Virus record (IMG/VR): IMGVR_UViG_3300045988_156211
From: a virus
Length of the DNA stretch: 64,000 nt
Strand: one strand, 5' to 3'
The position numbers and the translations under genes are program-made. The stretch's first letter is position 1, and each line of letters opens with the position of its first letter. Positions 56,374-63,675 of this stretch are shown piece by piece. Below the pieces are notes generated by a model that was given only the letters and a program-made list of their open reading frames with translations, did not search any database and had not been told where the DNA came from.

Positions 56374-56832
56374 ATGCAAGTATTTATACCTTATGCACAA
56401 CCAATAGATGTTGCACAAACTCTATGGAATGATCAAAAACGTTATAATAAACAGATAATAGAATGTATTCAGATACTAAGAGCTATGGATGGACATACAG
56501 CTTGGTCTAATCATCCTGTAGTTAAGATGTATAAAAATAACCGTGACTGGTTAGTATGTTATGCTAAATGCCTTAGTAGTTATCGTCTATTTAAGGAAAC
56601 TGGAGATAGGAAGTATATAGGTGAAGCCAATGCTTGGAATATTAATGCTGATAGCTGTAGACCTGACTTTATAAATAAGGATGAGATAATTATTCAACAT
56701 AGAAAGAGACTTTATACAAAAGCTCCAGAATTATATCCTCAGTTTAGTAAGTATGGTACTAGTGATATAAATTATTACTTCGTAGATGGTAAAATCTTAA
56801 AATACAGAAATGGTAAACTCATAGAAGAGTGA
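56374..56832 (+). CDS. pyrimidine-dimer DNA glycosylase-family-like protein (weak)
   Basis: MQVFIPY..IDVAQTLWNDQKRYNKQIIECIQILRAMDGHTAWSNHPVVKMY resembles the LD..RL..Q..E...IL.....W.nHP...M pattern of that family. By-eye only. Confidence 0.35.
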   Translation: MQVFIPYAQPIDVAQTLWNDQKRYNKQIIECIQILRAMDGHTAWSNHPVVKMYKNNRDWLVCYAKCLSSYRLFKETGDRKYIGEANAWNINADSCRPDFINKDEIIIQHRKRLYTKAPELYPQFSKYGTSDINYYFVDGKILKYRNGKLIEE

Positions 56833-56892
56833 ATCACTAACGAACATAGTAGATAGTGTTCATATATAAATTAACTTTAAATTATAAAAATT

Positions 56893-57078
56893 ATGGATAA
56901 AGATCAGATCACATTAAACCAATTCAGAGCCTTTAAAAGATTAAGGAATAGAGGCATTATAAACATGAACGATATAGTTACTGGAGCTAGATTATGTAAA
57001 ATTACAGAAGAAGCCTATGAAACTATCATGTGGAACTACAGATATTTAGAGGAGAAATTTAACCCAAAAGAATTTTAA
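56893..57078 (+). CDS. hypothetical small protein
   Basis: 61-aa ORF in the + strand block. Confidence 0.45.
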   Translation: MDKDQITLNQFRAFKRLRNRGIINMNDIVTGARLCKITEEAYETIMWNYRYLEEKFNPKEF

Positions 57079-57088
57079 AAGTAGTGAT

Positions 57089-57376
57089 ATGGTAAAGAAG
57101 ATAGTTAAAGAGGGTATTGTTCCAAGATATATGGGAAAATGCCCCTTATGTGGTACTGAGTTTACTTTCGAGCATACAGACATAGAAAGTAAAACTGAAA
57201 TGCAGATAGCTGAGAATCGTAACATAAACATGATAACTTCATGTGATCCTTTTGTAAAAGTAAATTTCGTTACTTGTCCTAAATGCTATACTCACATAGA
57301 CATGGGTAGTCCCGGGATAAATAGATTGTATGATATACCTTCACGATCACGATCAGGTAAAAATCCTAAGAAGTAA
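57089..57376 (+). CDS. zinc-ribbon protein
   Basis: CPLCGTEF ... CPKCYTH. Confidence 0.5.
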   Translation: MVKKIVKEGIVPRYMGKCPLCGTEFTFEHTDIESKTEMQIAENRNINMITSCDPFVKVNFVTCPKCYTHIDMGSPGINRLYDIPSRSRSGKNPKK

Positions 57377-57388
57377 ATTTAAAAGAAT

Positions 57389-57757
57389 ATGGTAACAGAC
57401 ATCCCATTACATACGGCGGTCAATTTATATCAAGTTGTGATAGAATCCAATGAAGTAATATCGGAGATTATCCGTATCAGTGGTTGGTCACCTATCAGTG
57501 GCGGTTATTATTGGTTAGGGAATGGAGATGTTGGATATATGGTATGGGATAAGAAACTAAATTCATGGCGATGGGACGTAAGTTTCAATGTAATGGACAG
57601 TTTTGTAACTCATGTAGTTCCATATGATTACCTTAACCCTTTTTATGGTAAATGGCGTGAAAGGAGTTATTATCATCAATATTTCGATACTAATTTCTTT
57701 AAGGGGGATTATACATGGTATGATTTTAAGAAAGAAAACTTCATAAAAACAAGTTAA
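57389..57757 (+). CDS. hypothetical protein (Trp/Tyr-rich)
   Basis: 122-aa ORF. Confidence 0.5.
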   Translation: MVTDIPLHTAVNLYQVVIESNEVISEIIRISGWSPISGGYYWLGNGDVGYMVWDKKLNSWRWDVSFNVMDSFVTHVVPYDYLNPFYGKWRERSYYHQYFDTNFFKGDYTWYDFKKENFIKTS

Positions 57758-57761
57758 CAGT

Positions 57762-58232
57762 ATGATAAAATTCAATATTGTAGTATGGTTAGTAATCCTG
57801 GTATTTTTACTGGGATTACTGGTTTATATAAGTTCAACTATAGGGGCTTATTTGCATATGACTTATCTAAGAGCAAAGTTATATATTGCTCGCAATAATT
57901 ATTTATGTTTAAGATTACTTTTCACTAGAGATTACCTAATTTATTTAAAAGTGTTACATAATATGCACATTCTTAAATTTATAGGTAAATCTTCAGTTAA
58001 TGTATCATTTAATAATGATAAAGTTTCATGTATATTTAAAGTATATGCCGATGAAAAGTATACACTACTAATCAATACTAGAATAGATGGTGAAGCCTTG
58101 TTATTGAATAAGCCAGCAAAAGTAGATAAAGGTGGTGTAATAATCGTAGAGGATTCTGTTAAGTGTACCATAAACAAGGTATCATTTCCGAGAGAAGCCA
58201 AGAAGTTATACGATAAATATATAACAGCTTAG
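57762..58232 (+). CDS. N-terminally membrane-anchored hypothetical protein
   Basis: TM VVWLVILVFLLGLLVYISSTIGAYL. 156 aa. Confidence 0.5.
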   Translation: MIKFNIVVWLVILVFLLGLLVYISSTIGAYLHMTYLRAKLYIARNNYLCLRLLFTRDYLIYLKVLHNMHILKFIGKSSVNVSFNNDKVSCIFKVYADEKYTLLINTRIDGEALLLNKPAKVDKGGVIIVEDSVKCTINKVSFPREAKKLYDKYITA

Positions 58233-58234
58233 AT

Positions 58235-58558
58235 ATGGTAAGAAACTTTATATGGCCATTGATAGAATTCATAGGATCTTATATATTTATAATGAGCCTA
58301 ATAGTTCCAGTTAACCCATACAGTGATGAAACCCATGATTATGTGTTCAACGTTACTTATGTAAATGGAGACTGTAAGGATATCCTAGTTAATTTACCAG
58401 AGGATTTTAAGTATGGTATATCAAATAACAAGGGTAGTTATTATCTGGAATTTACTTCAGAAGGAAAAACCATTTGGGGTTATAAATCCATATTCGAATA
58501 TGAGGGATATGGTGATATATCGGGAGTTTTATATGTAAATACCATAACTAAGAAATAA
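58235..58558 (+). CDS. N-terminally membrane-anchored hypothetical protein
   Basis: TM WPLIEFIGSYIFIMSLIVPV. 107 aa. Confidence 0.5.
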   Translation: MVRNFIWPLIEFIGSYIFIMSLIVPVNPYSDETHDYVFNVTYVNGDCKDILVNLPEDFKYGISNNKGSYYLEFTSEGKTIWGYKSIFEYEGYGDISGVLYVNTITKK

Positions 58559-58597
58559 GTAGAGATAATAGTGATAATTATTAAAGATTAGAAAGTT

Positions 58598-59128
58598 ATG
58601 AAGTGGAAGAGATATAATAGGTACTCATTACCTCCAGAGGGTGTAGAGGTATTGGCTTATAATAGTAAATGGGTAAGTGATCCAAATTCTAAGGAGGTAA
58701 TATTAGGGAAAAACCCAAAAGGTATAAGAATAGGAAGGCTATCTAATGGAATATTTTATTCGGCTTCTTATTTCGAAAGTTATGGATACCATGAATATGA
58801 GGCTTTGGAAGAAACTCCAGAGTACTGGTTGGAATTACCCGAATACCCAGAATCGGAGAACCATAAAATTAGGATGTGGATTGCCCGGGATGAAGGTATA
58901 TATGAAGAACCTGATGATAGAAAACCTCAAAGGGGTAAGCTTCATTTATTTTATGACACCCCAATAATAGAGAGGGATCATGATACCAATACTATGAAGT
59001 GGGGATATGCAAGGTGTATTGGAGAGATACCATCTTATATGTACCCATTTATTGAGGAGTGTACCCGTCATGAAATTATTGGTGAAGTAGAAAAGAGAGA
59101 GGATTATATATTCGAAGAAGAACCTTAA
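58598..59128 (+). CDS. hypothetical protein (DUF551-like N-terminus)
   Basis: MKWKRYNRYSLPPEGVEVLAYN resembles the W...lP....VLv opening of DUF551 phage proteins. Weak. Confidence 0.4.
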   Translation: MKWKRYNRYSLPPEGVEVLAYNSKWVSDPNSKEVILGKNPKGIRIGRLSNGIFYSASYFESYGYHEYEALEETPEYWLELPEYPESENHKIRMWIARDEGIYEEPDDRKPQRGKLHLFYDTPIIERDHDTNTMKWGYARCIGEIPSYMYPFIEECTRHEIIGEVEKREDYIFEEEP

Positions 59129-59139
59129 AAGTTAATTAT

Positions 59140-59796
59140 ATGTTAGGAAGTCATAATTCATTCAGTTACCTCAAGCCAGTTAAATGGTGGATGAGATTAA
59201 TTAATTTTGCAGGGAAATGTCAATCCCTGGATGTTTACGATCAGATACTGCTTCAAGATGTAAAATTCTTCGATGTAAGGCTTAAATGGGATAATAAGTC
59301 CCAAGAATTTTATTTAGCTCATGGGATTATAAGGTATTCCTGGGATATATCACCTTTAATGAGTTTTTTGGATTGGTTATATACCGATGAGTTGGATGAT
59401 TTAATAAATATAGGTGGTAAGAAATTTAAGTGTAGCTATTCTCCCATATTTAGGTTTGTTCTAGAGTATAATAATCCAATAGAGGATAGAACTATCATTG
59501 ATAAGTTTAAATCATTACTTGATACTTTAATATTTAGGTATGATGGTATTAATATCCTGGGAGGATATACCAAATGGGATGAGCAATGTATTTATACTGG
59601 GATAGGTGATAAAGATGTTACCTTAAATCATGGGTATTCTTCTGTATTGGGATGGAAGAGGTATTTCCTTATACCCTGGGTTTATGCTTGGTATTATAAT
59701 AGGGCTCATGATACCTATATAAAGAATTTGGTTAATAAGAATAAGGAAGTTATACTTTTGGATTTTGTGGATTTACTAGATACAGACTATAATTAA
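59140..59796 (+). CDS. PLC-like phosphodiesterase (PI-PLC X-domain pattern)
   Basis: MLGSHNSFSY...GKCQSLDVYDQILLQDVKFFDVRLKW...FYLAHG matches GTHxS....tQ..si.eQL..GvRyfDlR.....l.HG, including both catalytic His positions. Confidence 0.5.
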   Translation: MLGSHNSFSYLKPVKWWMRLINFAGKCQSLDVYDQILLQDVKFFDVRLKWDNKSQEFYLAHGIIRYSWDISPLMSFLDWLYTDELDDLINIGGKKFKCSYSPIFRFVLEYNNPIEDRTIIDKFKSLLDTLIFRYDGINILGGYTKWDEQCIYTGIGDKDVTLNHGYSSVLGWKRYFLIPWVYAWYYNRAHDTYIKNLVNKNKEVILLDFVDLLDTDYN

Positions 59797-60002
59797 TTGT
59801 TAGTTTTGTGTTTTTATTATTTTTTAGTTTTTGTGTAGTTTTCGATTATGGGGTATTGGGATTTCTCGGTACCCCTTTATTGTGTGTGTTGTGTTTTTGT
59901 GTGGTATATTTTTCGAGGAACCCCTTTAATACGTACGGGAAATGGCCAGGTAGTTTCAGGGGAGCACGGTTGCAGTGATATTAAAAAAGTAAAAATAAAA
60001 GT

Positions 60003-60030
60003 AGGGTACAAACATTTTTATTTGTACCCT
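60003..60030 (+). terminator. stem-loop ending the + strand accessory block
   Basis: AGGGTACAAA-cattttta-TTTGTACCCT is a 10-bp stem, followed by T-rich AACATTTTATCTTTTT. Confidence 0.55.
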
Positions 60031-60246
60031 AACATTTTATCTTTTTGCAGCTATTATTTATAATTTTACAATATAATTTGTTGTACTATTTTTTTCGTTA
60101 CATATTAGTTTTGGTCTGATACTAAAACTATAAATGAATAACTCTTGTATGTTTACAATATCATTTTTGTTGTTTAAAATAGATGTTTCAAAACTTTTAA
60201 TGAATTTTTTTGTACTATAATAGTATAATTTAATTGTAATCTTTTT

Positions 60247-60277
60247 AAAAGCAGGTCTTTTAAAACCTGCTTTTTTT
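60247..60277 (+). terminator. intrinsic terminator hairpin with T7 run
   Basis: AAAAGCAGGT-cttttaaa-ACCTGCTTTTTTT. It may also stop minus-strand transcripts from the 60316..60702 gene (weaker, no T-run on that side). Confidence 0.6.
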
Positions 60278-60315
60278 GATTTACCAACAAATTCTAAACT
60301 ATAATGTTTCATAAT

Positions 60316-60702
60316 TTATTTAGTTTTGTTTGTAGTACGTTTTGGTTTTGCTTGCTCCTGATTATTTGATTTTTGCAAATAATCTTTGCAAATCTGCAAA
60401 CAATTTGCATATGTTTCACGTTTTTCGTTTCTTGTATTTTCGCTGCAAACGCTTGCGAGTGAATAATCGTTTATTGCATAAACTTGCTGATAGAAATCTA
60501 TAAACTGATTTATAGATTTTTCAGTTTTTGACAAAACAACGTCGTTTGCAAATGCAAATGCAATTTTTCTGATTTTGCGTCTTGCTTTTTTCAAGTCATT
60601 TTCATTTAAACCTGTAAATAACTCTTTTTTGTAGATTTCACGATTTGAATTTACGTTTACGTTTACATTCAGTTTTGAAAAAATTTCATTTAAAGTTGCC
60701 AT
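60316..60702 (-). CDS. hypothetical early-cassette protein
   Basis: 128 aa, with its own TAtcTTTG promoter and a leader conserved with the 63.4-kb cassette. Confidence 0.6.
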   Translation of the reverse strand: MATLNEIFSKLNVNVNVNSNREIYKKELFTGLNENDLKKARRKIRKIAFAFANDVVLSKTEKSINQFIDFYQQVYAINDYSLASVCSENTRNEKRETYANCLQICKDYLQKSNNQEQAKPKRTTNKTK

Positions 60703-60750
60703 AATCTTAAAGTTTTAATTGGTTATACATTTTGTTTAAATTTCACGTTG

Positions 60751-60782
60751 CAAAGATAGTGAGTTTTTTCTAAACTTGCAAG
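60751..60782 (-). promoter_or_regulatory. weaker promoter cTTG-N20-TATCTTTG
   Basis: The minus strand reads CTTGCAAGTTTAGAAAAAACTCACTATCTTTGCA, upstream of the ATG at 60702. Confidence 0.5.
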
Positions 60783-60832
60783 CATTTTTCAAGAAAAATT
60801 TTAATTATTATATGATTTTTGATTTAAATCAA

Positions 60833-60850
60833 AAAATCGTGCCGGATTTT
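60833..60850. promoter_or_regulatory. palindromic-arm site AAAATC-N6-GATTTT, copy 1
   Basis: AAAATCGTGCCGGATTTT. Confidence 0.5.
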
Positions 60851-61049
60851 AAATTTTAACAAAAATAATTTTGATATTTGAAAATTTATTTTATTTGCGT
60901 GTACATTATATAAATAAATTAATAGTCCTTAAATGTTCATGCAATGTTTTTAAATGTTCGTAACCTAAAATCAATCTATTTTTTAAATTTAACCCAAAAT
61001 TCTAAAAATTTTTTAAATTTAAGATTTTTGTGAAAATTTTTTAAAAATA

Positions 61050-61067
61050 AAAATCATGCCGGATTTT
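61050..61067. promoter_or_regulatory. palindromic-arm site AAAATC-N6-GATTTT, copy 2
   Basis: AAAATCATGCCGGATTTT, 217 bp from copy 1. The two copies differ at one base. Confidence 0.5.
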
Positions 61068-61148
61068 TTAATATTATTGTTTGTGTATTTAAAATTTTCA
61101 TATATAATTTAAAATTTGTGGCTATGAGGATCACTGAGCCCATAATAA

Positions 61149-61290
61149 CTATAGGGGCCTTGTCTCCATAGGGGCTTTATCTCTATAGGGATTATATAAG
61201 CCTATGTGTATATATGATATAAGGCCTTATATCTAATCTTAATATACCCGATAAGAGATATAGGGGCTTTAATACTTTATCTCTATATGG
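61149..61290. repeat. array of GGGGCYTT motifs (often followed by TTTATCTCTA)
   Basis: GGGGCCTT at 61154, GGGGCTTT at 61171, AGGCCTT at 61222 and GGGGCTTT at 61263. TTTATCTCTATA occurs at 61177 and 61276. Confidence 0.8.
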
Positions 61291-61307
61291 TTATTAAGGT
61301 TTAAGGT

Positions 61308-61340
61308 ATGTAACAAAGTTAGCGAATGTAACAAAGTTAG
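61308..61340. repeat. tandem 15-mer ATGTAACAAAGTTAG x2 (18-bp period)
   Basis: Copies at 61308-61322 and 61326-61340, separated by CGA. Confidence 0.85.
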
Positions 61341-61346
61341 GCTCAC

Positions 61347-61381
61347 AAAAAAAGATCCCGAGTATCACTACTGAGGATCTT
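61347..61381 (-). terminator. intrinsic terminator of the 63.4-61.6 kb cassette
   Basis: AAGATCC(61352-61358)...GGATCTT(61375-61381) with an inner AGTA/TACT stem. The A7 run at 61347-61353 gives a T-run on the minus strand. Confidence 0.6.
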
Positions 61382-61559
61382 CGACAATTATGATCTTAGA
61401 ATAATGTGAAAAATTTAACGAAAATAAGAAGAGCTTAAGATATATCACATAGGTTAAGCTCTAAAATGTATAACAATTTTATAAACTCTGTAATCGCAAC
61501 TAATATGTTTGTATATAATCGGTGTTCATATTAATATAGTTTATCCTAGAGAAAAGTAA

Positions 61560-61582
61560 GGGAAAGCCTAGTAGACTTTCCC
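61560..61582 (-). terminator. stem-loop overlapping the stop codon of 61568..62011
   Basis: GGGAAAG-cctagtaga-CTTTCCC, followed on the minus strand by TTACTTTTCTC. A further hairpin AGAGCTTAA...TTAAGCTCT lies at 61430-61462. Confidence 0.4.
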
Positions 61583-62011
61583 ACGTGGTACGTTAATTGA
61601 TTCTCTATCGAATAGTTCTGTAAGCGTTATTTTGATTATAGAATCGGGTTTAAAGTTGAGAGCAATTTCCTTGGTTATTAATGGGTACTGTTCTACGGTT
61701 TCCTCTAGGAATACTTCCCAGATTTCCTTTATCTTATCTCTGTGTTGAGCTTGGATTCTCTTATTGCCTTTGACAGGTTCTGGGTATTCTAAAGAGACCG
61801 TCAATTCTAAGAACTTATAGTTATACCAGTTCTTTTCTTGAATATCCTCTATGATAATGGAATTGATCTCTTTACTGTATTGGTAAGGATGAGATTCATT
61901 ACCAAAGGTTTCGGATATCTTCTTCTCTATTAGTTTTAAGAGATATCGGGTCTCTATGGTTAGAGAATCAAGTTCATCCCTTTCCTTGATGATATTTGTG
62001 AATTTGAACAT
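61568..62011 (-). CDS. hypothetical early-cassette protein
   Basis: 147 aa, followed by serial hairpins. It shows weak similarity to the C-terminal half of 62024..62890. Confidence 0.6.
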   Translation of the reverse strand: MFKFTNIIKERDELDSLTIETRYLLKLIEKKISETFGNESHPYQYSKEINSIIIEDIQEKNWYNYKFLELTVSLEYPEPVKGNKRIQAQHRDKIKEIWEVFLEETVEQYPLITKEIALNFKPDSIIKITLTELFDRESINVPRGKVY

Positions 62012-62023
62012 AGCAGTATGGGT

Positions 62024-62890
62024 TTAGAAGTTATTTTTATCGAATGTATCTGTGAATACTATGAGAGTATAGAATTGTTTATTCGAATCGGTAAGATGGG
62101 TTATCTCATCTATGTGATTATTCTCGGATTCCATCTCATCCTCTTCGAAAAGCTTTTCGATAGAATCGATTAGGGATTTGCCATGATCCTTATCCTTAGT
62201 GGGATAACTTAGAGTGAAGGTTACCATAAGTTTATCATCGGTTTCCTTAACCTTGGTAATGGTTAGCTTATCGCAATATGAAGTAATGGGATGATCTGCA
62301 TAAGTACAGTCATCTGTGATATTCATATCGATCTCCTTAAGCATCATCCTCGCCTTCATTGATAGGTCTAGGTTTAAATCATGTGGATCATATCTATTGA
62401 TATATTTCTCTGTAGGTATAGGCCAATACTTCGTAGAGATTACTATGTTATATACTGCATGAACGTAATGTGCCATCTTTTCGCAATATATCTTAGTGCA
62501 GGCTACGTTGGTATGTGGAAGTTTTGGGCAAACATCCATAGCATTTAGTATATGGGATGTTTGTTGGGCTAGCTTAACCCTAATGGGATAGGATAAATCC
62601 GGGCTATCCAGCTTATCGTAAATCATAATGGATATAGTAAATGTATGGGTATCCACTGGGATTTTGGTATCTGATAGTAAAACTGGATATAGCTCTGGAT
62701 TCAATGTTACCATTGAAGGTTCTGTATCGAAGGCATCGTAGGAATATTTGGTTAGTTCGATATCCAATACCTCGTCCTCTACTTTTAGAGATAGCATCTT
62801 CTTTCTGAAGTCCTTGATGTAATCTAAGGGTGTTTCGTATAGGTTATCGATTACCTTATCGATCGAATTAAGGAAGTTTCTAGTGTCCAT
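62024..62890 (-). CDS. hypothetical early-cassette protein
   Basis: 288-aa ORF. Confidence 0.6.
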   Translation of the reverse strand: MDTRNFLNSIDKVIDNLYETPLDYIKDFRKKMLSLKVEDEVLDIELTKYSYDAFDTEPSMVTLNPELYPVLLSDTKIPVDTHTFTISIMIYDKLDSPDLSYPIRVKLAQQTSHILNAMDVCPKLPHTNVACTKIYCEKMAHYVHAVYNIVISTKYWPIPTEKYINRYDPHDLNLDLSMKARMMLKEIDMNITDDCTYADHPITSYCDKLTITKVKETDDKLMVTFTLSYPTKDKDHGKSLIDSIEKLFEEDEMESENNHIDEITHLTDSNKQFYTLIVFTDTFDKNNF

Positions 62891-62990
62891 ATCTGTTGTT
62901 AATTAAAGATTGATAATACGATTAATACTAAGTATACTATGATAAACGTAAGGATTACGAAGAGTACATCCTTTAAGAGTGATTCCTTCT

Positions 62991-63428
62991 TCATTTGAGA
63001 TTTGTTGTTAAGGTTATTGTTATTTGTGTGTTATGTATATTCCCGGTCCTGTGTAATCTGATAAGATTATTATCCTTATCGCAGAATACGATGTGATATT
63101 TATCGAATTCCCGGGATTGATAGGTAGTGGTTTCGAGGAAGTTAACTAGGATATCGCATACTAGGTTCCAAATGAGATTATTATTGAATCTAGCCTGGGA
63201 TGTAGCTTCTTCGTTTCCCTTAAGATTTCGATTTGATAGGGATATTGATAATACTTCGGTATGGAATGGAAGTATAACCATTGGGATTAAATCCAAGTAA
63301 TTCTCTTGATGTTTGAAAGAGTATGAGTTATCTTTTTTGATTTCGATACATGCCTCTTCTACCTTTGAAAGGATTGCATTAAGATCGAGATCCTTGAAGG
63401 TGATCGGTTTGATGGTTGATTTTTTCAT
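62991..63428 (-). CDS. hypothetical early-cassette protein
   Basis: 145 aa, the first gene after the promoter at 63476-63507. Confidence 0.6.
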   Translation of the reverse strand: MKKSTIKPITFKDLDLNAILSKVEEACIEIKKDNSYSFKHQENYLDLIPMVILPFHTEVLSISLSNRNLKGNEEATSQARFNNNLIWNLVCDILVNFLETTTYQSREFDKYHIVFCDKDNNLIRLHRTGNIHNTQITITLTTNLK

Positions 63429-63475
63429 TTTTACTACATTTTAATTGTTATACATATTATTTAATTTTCATGCTG

Positions 63476-63507
63476 CAAAATTAATGCAAATAATTTATAT
63501 ATGCAAA
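63476..63507 (-). promoter_or_regulatory. Bacteroidota-type promoter TTTG-N20-TAATTTTG
   Basis: The minus strand reads TTTGCATATATAAATTATTTGCATTAATTTTGCA, upstream of the ATG at 63428. Confidence 0.65.
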
Positions 63508-63675
63508 TATTTTTGCAACAAATTTATAATTTCAGCTCGTTTGAAGATAGTTTAAGATAGTAGATGAGTAAGATTTGCTCTTTTAGCATATCCCGGGATA
63601 ATTCTAGAGGAGTATTTTTAATTTTAGATAAGATTAGTAAGTTAATAAGTGGGATATTTTTCTAGATATGAGTAG

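Noticed and set aside
59848-60063. 71-aa + strand ORF after the accessory block.
   Set aside because: It runs through a GT-rich repeat tract and through the terminator hairpin at 60003-60030, has no promoter and has an implausible Cys/Val-rich sequence. I treat the region as non-coding.
60058-60312. 84-aa - strand ORF starting 3 nt after the stop of 60316..60702.
   Set aside because: The tight spacing is suggestive. However, the ORF contains the strong hairpin and T-run at 60247-60277 (encoding KKAGFKRPAFKK) and is extremely Lys/Ile/Asn-rich. It is more likely terminator-containing 3' UTR. Ribosome profiling would settle it.
11401-63508. Repeated ATGCAAAT octamers (11401, 11429, 63485, 63501).
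   Set aside because: They are simply the reverse complement of the ATTTGCAT part of the TTTG-containing promoter boxes and are not an independent element.
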